Part shown: positions 1 through 11,844 of the stretch, one piece after another | How the letters are laid out: the number at the start of each line of letters is the position of its first letter | Numbering within the stretch: position 1 is the first letter of the stretch | Source of the DNA: Balanoglossus misakiensis | Lineage: Eukaryota > Animalia > Hemichordata | Length of the DNA: 64,000 nucleotides | NCBI GenBank assembly: GCA_040954595.2 | Contig: CM082585.2 | Location: 10,643,995-10,707,994 of the forward strand | Reading direction: 5' to 3' | Position numbers and translations under genes: made by a program | Notes under the pieces: generated by a model | The model's database searches: none | What the model was told of the DNA's origin: nothing | What the model saw: only the letters and a program-made list of their open reading frames with translations

Positions 1-57
1 GAAAACAATAGGGTTCAACCACATGTTGGTGATTCGGTAAGGGTTATCTCAACTTAC

Positions 58-1009
58 CTGAGGATCATATTTTGTAATTCTGCTTTTTTCTCTTGTTCCG
101 TGGTAACAGAGTCAATAAGAGTATCATACGTCTGGTCAGACATCACTTCACTTAAGCAACTCCTAATCACATATTCCAAAAACTGCCTGTGGGTCGAGAA
201 ACACAAAATATTTTACATGTAAAAACTGAGACACATACATGCCCAGTACCGATCAGAACTAAATACTCAATTGGGTTAGCACTCAAGACCAGCTTTAGGT
301 TAGCATATGTAGCATGATGTCACATGTCATTAACCCTCAATGATATGTAGGTCATTTAAGGTCAGGATGCAAAGATTTATTGCAATGAAACATATGCCTG
401 TACATGTAGGGCAGACAGATTGTAGAATTTAGCTTACCGATCATCTTGAGTTTTCTGAAGATTATCGGCAGTCAAAGGACTCTGTTTTAAACTCTTTGTA
501 AAATGCTGCGTTGTGTTTCTGATGCCTGCTATTACATCTCCAATTTCTTGGTCAGTGTCTTTCAGCTTGCCAAGGTTGCTTTTACTACCACCTTTGAGTT
601 CATTTCTCTTGGCTATCAGACCTTCATATCGGTTTTCCAAGTTTTTCTGTGAGTCTACAATTTTACTGATGTCATCATCTACAATCTGCGGAAAGAACGC
701 AAAGAAATCTGGTAATATTTGTCTACAAAGGATTTACTGAAATCTCTTTTCAGCTAATTGGACTACAAATATTTGGTTGAAAACATTATGGTATACCCAT
801 AGAGGTACCAAAAGACCTCCATGGGTACATGTATATCTATAACACTTTTAATTTCAGACTGAAAGATGATGAACAAGATTTACCTCCTCTGCATCTGGTC
901 TTCCTTCATATGTATTTGGCATAATCCCCCCAAGGACGGTCAACTGATCGGCACAGTCTTCTAAGACTGTGCCAATCATGATGCCATCGATGGGATTCAG
1001 CCGCGGCAT
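58..1009 (-). CDS. IQCG: IQ motif-containing G / dynein regulatory complex subunit 9, 5' part (gene continues off the left edge)
   Basis: Exons 884-1009, 438-685 and 58-186 join in frame with GT-AG boundaries, giving MPRLNPIDGIMIGTVLEDCADQLTVLGG...ADNLQKTQDDRQFLEYVIRSCLSEV...EQEKKAELQNMILR. This resembles the IQCG/DRC9 N-terminal coiled-coil region. A probable non-coding exon ends at the donor at 1179-1180. Adjacency to RPL35A matches the vertebrate arrangement. Confidence 0.8.
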
Positions 1010-1574
1010 GGCTGTAACATAAGTTAAGTAAAACAAGTTAGCAATTATGTTGTGAAGGAACTTGAAATACATGTACTTGTACAACATCCCTATGCTGTCC
1101 TGGCCTTCAAGAATCAATCTCTGTCTGACAACCTTCATCATAAAATATACTCCATGACAAATTATTCGTTTAAGACCTACCTGATATGCTTTAGTTACAC
1201 CAGTATTTGTTTGAGCCCACTTTTCTTCGACACAGCAGACGGACAAACTCCAGATCACTGGCTGTAGATTACAGTAGTTCAACTCCCCCAACCAATGTTT
1301 ACGTCCGTTTCTAAGAGTCCAAATTTCCCAAAATGCAAAGCGATAATCAACCTCGTTCAAGGGAACACGACCATTTGACATATCCTTGTCGTTCAAACTT
1401 TAACAATCATGATGAATCTTCTATTTAATCGAGTAACACTATAATTAACTGTACTAAATACCAGCTTTGGTATAGTTTTGCAAGTTAATCCCTAAAAATA
1501 TGTCTAGAACATTCTCGGCTGCGTACGTATGAGGTACACATTAGTTTGAGGAATGAAATACAGAACAAACAAAC

Positions 1575-1610
1575 GGTCTTTTACGGAAGCAGCCATCTTC
1601 TCCATCTGTG
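1575..1610 (+). promoter_or_regulatory. RPL35A core promoter and non-coding exon 1 (TCT/5'TOP-like initiator, ETS and YY1 motifs)
   Basis: TCTTTT at 1577-1582, CGGAAG at 1584-1589, GCCATCTT at 1592-1599, then donor GTATGT at 1611. This is a typical ribosomal-protein promoter layout. Confidence 0.6.
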
Positions 1611-1900
1611 GTATGTTGTGAAGTTCGACAATCTTCCCTAATTTCAGAACACTTATCTTAAACTTCAACAAAATAATGACGTGATTAAATACTTCGATAT
1701 ATCCCTATTAAAGTATGTGATATTGATTTCTCGTCAAAACCCGGCAACATGTCAGATGTGTTGGATAATTATTAGCGGCCCTTGAATGGCGGGGGATGGG
1801 GAGCCTGTCTTATTATGATATTGGCGTGGGTTACACTGAATCGAAAATTGCTCTTATTTTGTTACAGGGGCTGTGCTCGAAGGCTGTTGAAATCGCAACA

Positions 1901-2722
1901 ATGGTTGCCTCAAAAAGGTGAGAATTCATAGCACTATACTGTAATTATATTTTACCAGTTTGCCAAATTGGCAGTTCAGATGAAACTCAAGAAATGCATC
2001 TACCACAGTACCAGTGTTAATATTATGGCTGCCTGGGTCACTCCCACTCCAACTAACTTTCACAGTAGGATTGCTAAATGACAACTCATATTGTGTGTCG
2101 TGATTTCATTTCAGGTTATATGCCATGGCAGTGTTTACAGGCTACAAACGTGGTCTGAGGAATCAGACCGAACACACTGCTCTCCTCAGGATTGATGGAG
2201 TTAACACCAGGAAGGAAACAGATTTCTACCTTGGAAAGAGATGTGCATACGTTTACAAAGCCAGAATGTAAGTTGGCGCGATCTAAATGCCATGCAGGAC
2301 TTCACAGTGTTACAAAAAGTCCACTTTTATACTAGACGTGTATATATACCCATTTCTTGAACTATCAAAAGTGCCAGGATGTAAAAGTCTCACGGCTAAT
2401 AATCTTGATGATAAACTTTCTTCACAGTAAGACAAAGACACCTGGCAGAGAGAAGCCAACAAATGTGCGAGTTATCTGGGGCAAGGTGATCAGACCACAT
2501 GGAAAAAGTGGTGCTGTCAGAGCCAAGTTCAGGAGAAATCTTCCAGCTAAGGCTATGGGAAGGAGAATTAGAGTTGTAAGTATACACTGAATTGGTATCT
2601 CTCCTGAAATCGGTATCATAACTCGAGTCTGGTAAATGTCAGGTGATATGGTGATCAAATCAACAAACAACTGACATTTTTGACTTTTTTTTTTACAGAT
2701 GCTGTACCCATCAAGGATCTAA
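1901..2722 (+). CDS. RPL35A: 60S ribosomal protein L35a (eL33)
   Basis: Exons 1901-1917, 2115-2267, 2428-2575 and 2699-2722 give [34 protein letters not shown]...[49 protein letters not shown] follows at about 2776. Confidence 0.98.
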
Positions 2723-3313
2723 AGAAAGAGCTACTTTTTTGAAATGTAATTATGTTTCACAGAAGTTGGGTCTGGAATAAATTTTTGAGAGCCAAGTGAA
2801 AGTTTTGTCTGTTTCTGTTATATCTATACGGTGAGAATGGTCTTCAACAGACAGCTTAAGTTCTTAATATACATAACACTCTGAAAAACATGCTTCACAT
2901 GTCAAACACTGAGCGAGGAGTCATGGTCCAAGCAGAAAATTTTTTATACCTGTACAAACTCCCCTTTGCAAATATGCATAGAGAGTTACCATAACTAGCG
3001 CCCTCGGTGACCAAACTGTTATGAGCCTTTTCTTTTACCCTTTTTACGGGACTGATTAGAAAAAGCCCATAACGTAAATTTTACATAGGTAAAAGTGAAC
3101 ACTGACCGTCAACATAAAACTTTATTAGTTCATTCAGTTATATTAAATGACAACATAATTCTCTTGTAGGATGCCACATATTTTTAAGCGTGGGATGCAT
3201 ATTTGGGTTAATTGGTGGCCTAAATGTAGGATTAGAAAATTCAGCATTTTCCCAGTAAGTGTCTCTCTCGTGACCAGCTAGCTTGCAAATGACATCATAT
3301 CGTGGAAACCAAT

Positions 3314-4854
3314 TTACCAGAGCTGAGTGATGCCTGCCTTTGCGCACAAAGCGTGGACTTCTCGCCATAGTTCCCAACATTCCTGGCAATGGCAGTCTGT
3401 AGTGTTGTAGAAACCGTCTTTTACGAACTTGCTTAACTCCAATGCGTCTCTCTGCATCTCTTCGATTACGTCCGTTGAATTTTCTGGAAACGGGAAGACA
3501 TTTTTGTTAACAAACTGCTAATAAATTTTCTCGGACTTCATGTGAGTGACTTTTTACATGTCTATTGATAGCACCGTAACACATTTCACTATTCACCTGT
3601 TGGATAAAAGTTATGGTCTGGCTCCGAAGACATTCGTCGCATTTTGTTTGGTTTCGGAAATAACTCTCTCCGTATCGACCTCTTTGTCGGAGCTTCATTC
3701 TCTCCCGACGCCGTGCGTCGTTCAAAGATTTCAGCTTCGCAGTCCTGATTGCTGACGGTCGGCCATCCCAACGTCAACTCCAGTGAGAATTCCCTGTAAC
3801 CCGTCTCTTTCGGAGTCATGATCGGACTTTTTGACGTGCACCAAGTCACAGTCGTTCCGGTGCCGACGTCTCTGTCTTGCGGTTTTATCCTCTTCCCCGG
3901 GGTCACGCTCAAGAAATCCAACTTCCAGTCGTATGGAGAAGGCTGTCGAGTTTGGTTCACGACGTATTCTCCTATAATTTTGGCTAAATCTATGTTTCTT
4001 CGTTTGATTAATGGCTCGACGTTTTCGTTCCCTAGCATGGGTGAGGGTTTCTCCCGATCGCCCTCGCCTTCTTTCAACGGAGTAACGAATGAACACGGCT
4101 TATAAGGGGGAGGTGTTGAAAGTCCGACAAAGTTGGATGGACGGGGCTGCCTCCTCCAGTATTCATGAGTCCGCATGGAGAATACTTTCTGGTCGTAACA
4201 TCTTGATGATTTGTAGTTTGTGACCAGCGAAACGGGCGCGGGCTGAGTGTTGCCCGACGTGAAAGTCACGTTCATATCAGAGATGCGGTTCAGACGTCCC
4301 AGTTCATAAACATCTTTCTTGTGCGTCTCATTCCGACTACCACTTTTCACAATCTTTCCGTTATGGGAGACATAACTTTTTTGGTTGTCTGTTAGAAGGC
4401 TCACAGCAAGAGTTGAAGTCCGTCCTCCCAGTCCGACTTTTTTGAGAAACGCGTCAGATTCCTTAACAGCGATTTTTTCCCTTCCTAAACCAGGTTGTCT
4501 TGTGGATGTTTTGGACACGCTCACTCGGGGTTCGTTTCTTCGGGCTACGTACACAAACCTGACAGGGACCGCAATAGTTCTACCGTGGTGTAGGCCTAAG
4601 GATGGCAAGCTACGATCGTCTTTAACGTTCACTTGCCGAAGCACTGGCGGAGAGCTGATGTACCCGTAGCAATTCTGATGCGATGACGTTCTGAAATCCG
4701 ACTCGGAAGGAGATCGGATTGGCGACACGGAACTCGACGGCGAACTACTATCTCCATCGCTTCCGTCAAAATAGTGTGTCGGACGTGGCACCCGATCATT
4801 CACGTAGGATGCACATCCCAGGCTTTGAAAGGCATTGATGCCAACCACAGCCAT
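3314..4854 (-). CDS. Uncharacterised ~475-aa protein, mostly low-complexity S/T/P/R-rich, with a C-terminal Cys/His module
   Basis: The 421-codon ORF ends at a donor (ACAG|GTGAAT, 3597/3596). An acceptor (TTTCCAG|, 3484/3483) continues in phase into ENSTDVIEEMQRDALELSKFVKDGFYNTTDCHCQECWELWREVHALCAKAGITQLW*. Confidence 0.72.
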
Positions 4855-5555
4855 CAGGAAATCACCGCAGAGAAATTGCCTAGCCTACAGGTAGGCAAGG
4901 CCTCATCTCCTAAATGACCAACGGTCCCCCTATCATGTCCCGACAGAAACGACGACTCCGCCAAAACTTTTTTAAACTCAAGAATCAGCTGATAACCTTC
5001 TAGAAATATTCGAATCGATGCACGCGTAATATATGTCACGCAGAAATCGTTACATTCTGTGCGCATCCACCATGTCTACGTCTATGGAAGTCTTTGCCCG
5101 CGCGAGTTTCGTCTTCGCTGAACACTGCGTCTCACGTGACTAAGCAAGACGCGTCACGAAGATAAGACGCACACACGGTTGGCGTATGTGAAAAGTTCGT
5201 AACCGCATGGTCATTTCAAAACTAAGACTCGCCTTTTTGACCATATATAGACATGTGTAAATTATTGATGATTGTACACCTTTAATTAACTTGTTCACAA
5301 TTACACGTACAGCCACAATCACACCTTGCACCCATCAGTCAGCCTAACTGGACCAATCTAAGTTTGGACGTAAAATCATGAAAATTTTACAAAAGTAGCA
5401 GCTCGAGAGGATGTGAGCAATTAGGTCTAAAATGTCAGTGCAGTGTTACACTGAATTACAAAATTTAAAAAAATGCAAAAACTTCTACATTATACATAAT
5501 TCTGAAGTGCAATTTTTCTGTGAGATTTTCTGCCTTCAATACATTGCTATGACTC

Positions 5556-8500
5556 TTACACCTTGGATAGATAACGGCGCCCTCTACGCCGACATATGAC
5601 AGTGAAAAGAAGAGCGAAGAACAGAATAAAAGTGAGCGAAAGAAATGCAGTCCCCGCATGACCTTCCTTGAATGATGAAATGACCTTTTCCACTGAAATA
5701 AACAAAAAAATAAGATAAAATAAGATATTGAAGAATTATAATGAAAATAAAAATGACCAGTGCAGAGATTGTGTGTCAGGACATTTTTAAAAGTTGGTGA
5801 TCAGAACAGAGGGGGAAAGGACGAGATATTAATTACCTGTAATTGTACCCGGTGGCGCAATTTTGGACCCAATGGCACTGATACTACGAACACGATGGTT
5901 GTACTGACAAAGAAAAAAAACACACCAAAGAATTGAAGTAACATGATACAGGAACTTGAATTTTCAACATTTCAATGTCAACATTTACATGTGCATCTGA
6001 AATCATTAACAATGCAATATATGTATTTGAATTTGGTATTTGGTATTAGCGCAATAAATTTTTTTGTATGTGACGCAGATAAACATCTCACCTGATCTGT
6101 TATGTATATGATTTTATTTGCTTCATCGTAAGTCATTCCAGTGGGATGAAAAAATTGAGCTTCGTCTCCAACTCCATCAGACAGACCCTCGTGACCCCCA
6201 ACAAAAAGTTTGACTTTACCTGATTAAATAATAAAATAGTCTTACATGTCAATGACATTAATTGTCTGTCATGGAAACCAAACACCATAACATTGTGGTT
6301 GCCATCACTGTGACAAAATGTATACAACTTAAAAAACTTTGTGATTTTCATTTCATGAGAGACAAAATTCAGATGAGAAAAAGGAATTTGAGGCCCACCT
6401 TCTTCATTGACTGCCCGGATACAATTATTATCCTTAAAAGGAAACAAAGTGACAGCTTTAAAATACAATGATTTGACAAAGGACGTGAAGTTCTCTCTTA
6501 GTTACGCCACATTTGTGAAGGAATTAGCATTCTTGAGCATCCAGGACGCATAGAAACGAGAAGCAAGATGTGGCATCTCAAATCACTCCTTATCGAAGAC
6601 GACAATGAAACTGGCAACAACAGAGCCATGTCATTGTACAAGATAATTTTAACAGATGCTGTATGCAAATATGAAACCGCAGATGCTTTGGACTTAAGTG
6701 GAAAAAATACTTACAAATTCCACGACGTAAAGTACTTTATATTCAGTGTCGTAGGCCATTCCCTCTGGATAGTTGAATAAGGCGTGTGTACCAATGCCAT
6801 CAACGAAACCAGGCTGACCACTTCCAACAAAAGTTGTTACAGAGTCTGAAAATAAAACGAAGTCAAATGAAACAATAAGCAAAAGTCCGGATAAATTAGT
6901 CATGATTTAATTGTGTATGGTTACCGCTGTTATTGTGCAAAACTGAATTTTGAAACTAAAAATAATATGAGTATAACCAAAAAACAAAACTTACGATCAG
7001 TAAGGTCTATAAGCCTTAAGACGTGATTGTACTGAAATGGAAGACAGAAAAATAGGAACTTATTCACAGTAGTTAAGAAGTGTAGGAATTCATAGGGTGA
7101 CTTGGTGAACAAGCTACTACGAAACCGCAATTCTGCCATTTTCTGGAAGGATTTATCTTGTGCAAACAACCAACAATCTGGCACAAGACTGCACCAACAG
7201 GCCAAATGTCCACTCACGTGATCAGCAACAAAGAGGCGAAAACCATCCGGGTCGATGGTTACACCAGCCGGGTGGTAGAATGTAGCTGCCCTCCCCTTGC
7301 CATTCTTAAATCCCTTCGACCCACCAGCCACTGTGGTCACTTCACCGTCAGGCAGACTCACTTCACGTATAGCGTGGTTGTCCTGTAATAACATATTTCA
7401 TACAAGAAAGTACAGATGACATACAAATAGAAAAGACGGGTACAAGTTGATTTCAGACACGTGTATTCCTTAGAAATTGTGACACAATGAAATAACCAAG
7501 TTCTATCACCCAGGCTTACCGTATCAGCCACAAAGAACCGGTCTTTGTGGATGTGATCCACAGCTACTGCCTGTGGATTGGAAAAAGCGGCATTTGTACC
7601 TTTCCCATCTACGTGTTCCTCATGGCCGTTGCCAACGAATGTTGTAACTTCACCTGTGGGGGGACATATGATGGCCATATTATATTGTGTGTGGGAGGAC
7701 TGACACATAAGAACAGCTGGCTAATTTGTATAGATATAACAACACTGCAGTTATAACATTGTCAATCAAGCTTTATATCAAGCAAAGGAGACTTTGATCA
7801 AACATTTCATTCACTGGTTCTCACCTGTTTCAACATCCATGGACCGTATTCGATTATTGCCCTGTAATGTATAAATCAGTCCATTAATTTCTTACGAAGG
7901 TTTTCAAGATAATACTGAAGCACAGGAATCAGCTGTTATCAGCAGAATATGATTAGAGATTAATTAACAGGAATCTCATGGCTGTGTAAAAGTTTCAAAA
8001 CAAAGAGTACAGATATTACTTACACTGTCACAGACGAACAACGTTCTTGAATTTCGATGCAAAGACATCCCTGCGAAAAGAGGATTGATTTTTTGTTTTC
8101 AATTTCTGAAAAATAACTTTGAACAATCCACGGACCACTATCAACCAAATGTCACAATTTGAACCCAAAAAGTGTCTATACCCACCTGCCGGGTGGTAAA
8201 ACAATGCTTTTTCTCCAACCCCATCCTGATAGCCTTGTGGACCACCAGCTAGAGTTGTCACGTGACCTGTTGAAAAAAAAGAATCAAATATTATTGTTTG
8301 CTATTTCTACTTCTCTGGAGCCACTGTTGACATTTCCTAGATCAGACAAAAAACCATGCTAACATTAACCACAATGGTTTTAATTTGCTGATTGATTTTC
8401 TGAAGATTTGCTGTACTTGCGATCCACTTTGAGTAACAAACAATCTACAAACCTGTCTTGATATCAAGTTTTCGAATTGTGTCATAAGGGTTCTTGCTAT

Positions 8501-9189
8501 GACGACAGCCCTGGATAATAAAAAATACGACTTATTATGGGTACAAAAAATTGTGAAATTATAAATTCTCTCTGCTATCTTTTTTTCAGAGGGAGGGGCA
8601 ATATACAAACATCTTGGAAGAGCCAATTCCCAGTCTGGTTGGTCTTTTAACCCTTTCACAATGGTTTGGTCCAAATCTATTGTTTTCTATGGAAAAGTTG
8701 GATCTCTACAGAGGGAACTGGGGGTGAAAGGTTACTAAAGTGCTTGGGGGCAACTCACACAATCGCCAACGTATAAAACATTTCTGAAGGGGTCATATGC
8801 AATGCCCCATGGGTAGTGAAATCTTGCGTTGTGTGTCTTGCCATCACGTGATTCTGAGCCATCACCGATGCACTCCTTTTCCTTTGTCCCATGTGGAAAT
8901 CCACCCCCTGCCACTGTGGCCACCACCCCTGCAAGATATAATGGAATGACTCGCTTGTAACCTTTCATCCAGCAGCACAAAAATAACTTAATCATAAATA
9001 TATTTACATAAATTATCACAAATCTGCTGCATGTCCAATCACTCCCCCCCCCCCCCCCAAAAAAAATAAAAAATTGAAGAAAGATTCCTCTCAAGCAGCT
9101 GTTTTATCATATTACTTACTTGGTGTGGCAACTACAGGTGAGAAACTTGCAAAGGTTATTATAATGAATAGAGTACGAGAAATGGCCAT
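5556..9189 (-). CDS. Type-I membrane protein with six NHL repeats (beta-propeller), ~431 aa, 14 exons
   Basis: Exons 9120-9189, 8759-8928, 8453-8510, 8186-8266, 8024-8070, 7825-7861, 7520-7653, 7218-7382, 6995-7031, 6715-6845, 6399-6432, 6092-6219, 5837-5903 and 5556-5692 are all GT-AG and phase-compatible (1296 nt). The protein has a signal peptide (MAISRTLFIIITFASFSPVVA), six VxTxxGG-G-xDGxG-xAxFxxPxG-hxxD-xxLYVxD-xNxxIR repeats, a transmembrane segment (AFLSLTFILFFALLFTVIC) and a basic tail (RRRGRRYLSKV*). Confidence 0.9.
8647..8735 (+). mobile_element. ~90-bp MITE with piggyBac-like ends, copy 1 (intron of the NHL gene)
   Basis: TTAA-CCCTTTCAC...GTGAAAGG-TTAC termini. The internal sequence closely matches the reverse complement of 19519-19611. 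Confidence 0.75.
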
Positions 9190-9819
9190 TGTATCCAGAA
9201 AAGGGCGTCTAATATACAAGATGAATAAACCCAGGGAACAGCTGCCTCTTGGCAAGATAGTCTGGTTTGTCGGGGGAAAAAAAGAAAAGAAGAGAAAAGT
9301 TACAAATAAAATCTGGAACATGAAGTTATATTTTGTAATAAAATAAATCCCAAATCATGTAGCTACTAGTATGTAGTGTATGGAACGCAGTTACATTTCG
9401 AAAGGAAAGTAAAATCGTACTCATTTGTGCCATTTGCATGTGTTTATAGACATAAGGTGACTTGATTTCGGCTCTGAGTGTTCAGATCTAGAGGACAGAA
9501 ACAATGGCATCCCACGAACACATAATTGGCATAGTAGCTATCTCATGACACACCCAACTCACTATCATGAAATGATACCTGGAAATCCGGTTGTGAGCAC
9601 AGCAAGTCTGGATTCAGTCGTATCTCAAAGGTGTGAGGTCACCTTGACCTCTGCAAATTTAACCACTGTTACCATTGAAAACTGAATTATAGCCAATCAA
9701 AGATTTTCAGTGGGTGGCACACGCGAAAAAAGTGCGCAACCACATTGCCATTCCGAAGACTTAGACGCACCTCTTTGATCATATATAGGCATATGCAAAT
9801 TTAAGTTAAAAGTCTGTTC

Positions 9820-9823
<4 letters not shown>

Positions 9824-9856
<33 letters not shown>
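9824..9856. repeat. (CA)n microsatellite
   Basis: About 16 perfect AC units. Confidence 0.95.
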
Positions 9857-9860
<4 letters not shown>

Positions 9861-10989
9861 TTTACCACAGTTGAGGAACCGTGGTTTTAAGTTGGCAAAT
9901 TGAAACATGCCGTGAAAACGACACAAGTGGATTTGAAATGTCGTAGTCATAAGATATCGAATGAAGAAGCTACATGATTGAAACTTTCATTTCCCAGTTT
10001 CAAGGTTGATATAAATGATTAAAAGTTTTAACTGTGTACAGTGTTATCTTTTTTTACCGTACAGTCGCCTTCTAAACTACGTCCGCCGTCCAGAAAATAG
10101 TCCGACGAGACACCGAATCAGTTATCATATGATATGCCCCCATACACGCTTCCAGGTCTACGGCAAAGTGACCCGATCTCGACCGGTACTGTACACACCA
10201 CCCCCGCCCCCGAGACTCTGCGTTTGACTTAAATTGACCCCACCTGACCTGCCATAAACTTTTTAGCGCCCTCACACAGCTACAAACTGAAGTGGACGCC
10301 CCTCTCATACACGCACAAACGCGCTCGAAAGCTACCCTTTCCAAAGAAATAAGTGTACGGTTAGCTGTGGATCTACAAAAATCTGTACAAAATATTCACT
10401 GGCAGATTACCTATTTATAATACGTTTATATAAAAACACGGAAGCTTTTTCATTTCAAGGACACATGAATACTTGCCATTGATATGTTAAGCGTCAAGTC
10501 GACAATGGACATGCATGACGGCCGGAACCACAGACGAAGAGAAAAACAGTCTGTTTTTTCTCTTTGTCTGTGCCGGAACCAATAGATTAAATGAATTGAA
10601 ACGGTGTATCCAAAATGATTTTGCATGTAGTAATTATGCACGACCCCTAATAGATAGTTGTCCGATGTTTGGTGCGTGTGTGTGTGTGTGGGGGGGGGTG
10701 AACTTTCTTAAAAGCGCGATCGAGAATCACAAGAACCACAAGGTCAAAAGGATAAGGTGTACTTTATTATAATGTCTTTTACTTGGGATGTTCTAGGTGA
10801 AAGTGTGCCACAAGAATGGCTTCTAAGGTAATATTACAATGTTGCTCTAAGAATAGTTTGTTTCCATGGACACATCAAGAGCATAATGTTCTTGTAGGAA
10901 AAGAAACTTTCCAAGCACATTACGTCTTAGCTTCGTGAATCAACACTATCAGGGTCAAATAAAGGTGACATTGATATATGAAGGTCAGG

Positions 10990-11844
10990 TCAGGTCGTTC
11001 CTGTGAGGAGTAACGCCACAAGGAATCCAACAACAGCGCTCACAAACGACTGTACTCTCAGGTTATGATTGTACCTGAATCCGTCAACCGTTGTGACAAC
11101 ATCAACCTGTCAAGAAACAGAAAGATAGAGAAATGTTAAAAACGAGCTTGTGGAAATATGTCAACTTATTATTAATTAAAATTTGTATACAAATAGGGAA
11201 AATTGCTATTTTGGTTTTGGCTGATACAATAAAACTATAATGCTATATCTATTTATTTGTCTACAATCGTAGTGACTGAAATTGAACATATATCCCTGTA
11301 TAAACAAAATACATTGTACTGTTCTTACCCATCCTCCTCGTGCTAGAATCCAAGTAGCCAATCGTTTCTGTACGACGTCCCTAAAACTGGTTGTAACTGT
11401 GCGTACATAGTCGGGATGGAAATTGCTCACACATTCCGATGCTAGCGCCCCCGCAAATGCAAACAGAGAAATTATTTTGGGCCAAGTTATGCCCCCACGA
11501 AATATTTCGTTGGCGACTTCCTGAAAAGTGTCGCAAACAGTCGTCTCAGAGTTCAACGTCAAGTTCAGTTTGCGACACACGTCTTTATACACTGATGGGT
11601 GAAATTGTTCTAACTGAGCGCCAGTGATGATGATGTGAGCGGAAACTTCGGAAAAACTGTCCAGTTCCGGTCCGAGTCCATTTCTGTTTATGAGCCCAGC
11701 TTGGGAGAGTTTGAAATTGATGTAGTCTCGGCACAGCGTAGTGGACTGGTCGACGATCGCATCTTCATCTGCAGGTCTTTTACGGAAAAAAGGGTGGTCA
11801 GAAAGTCGTTGAAAGAATTCCTTTGTGGACTCAAAGTACTCCAT
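10990..11844 (-). CDS. BOK: BOK-like Bcl-2 family protein, ~210 aa
   Basis: Exons 11329-11844 and 10990-11106. Motifs: BH4-like QSTTLCRDYINFKL, BH3-like region followed by HPSVYKDVCRKL, BH1 GGITWPKIISLFAFAGALA, BH2 WILARGGW, and a C-terminal tail anchor SFVSAVVGFLVALLLTGTT*. Confidence 0.85.

Noticed and set aside
793-827. 13-bp imperfect hairpin (TACCCATAGAGGT/ACCTCCATGGGTA) in an IQCG intron
   Set aside because: Too short for a pre-miRNA, single copy, and no other support.
854-1396. 180-aa ORF as a stand-alone gene
   Set aside because: Only 884-1009 is coding (an IQCG exon). The rest is intron and UTR read-through from a non-ATG start.
2634-2679. Possible intronic C/D snoRNA in RPL35A (AAATGTCAG...CTGACATTT stem)
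   Set aside because: About 46 nt, with no proper RUGAUGA box C and no recognisable rRNA guide.
9300-10900. Intergenic stretch between the NHL gene and BOK with short ORFs, CCAAT and octamer-like motifs
   Set aside because: No consistent exon chain or recognisable RNA gene. The motifs are too short to support a call.
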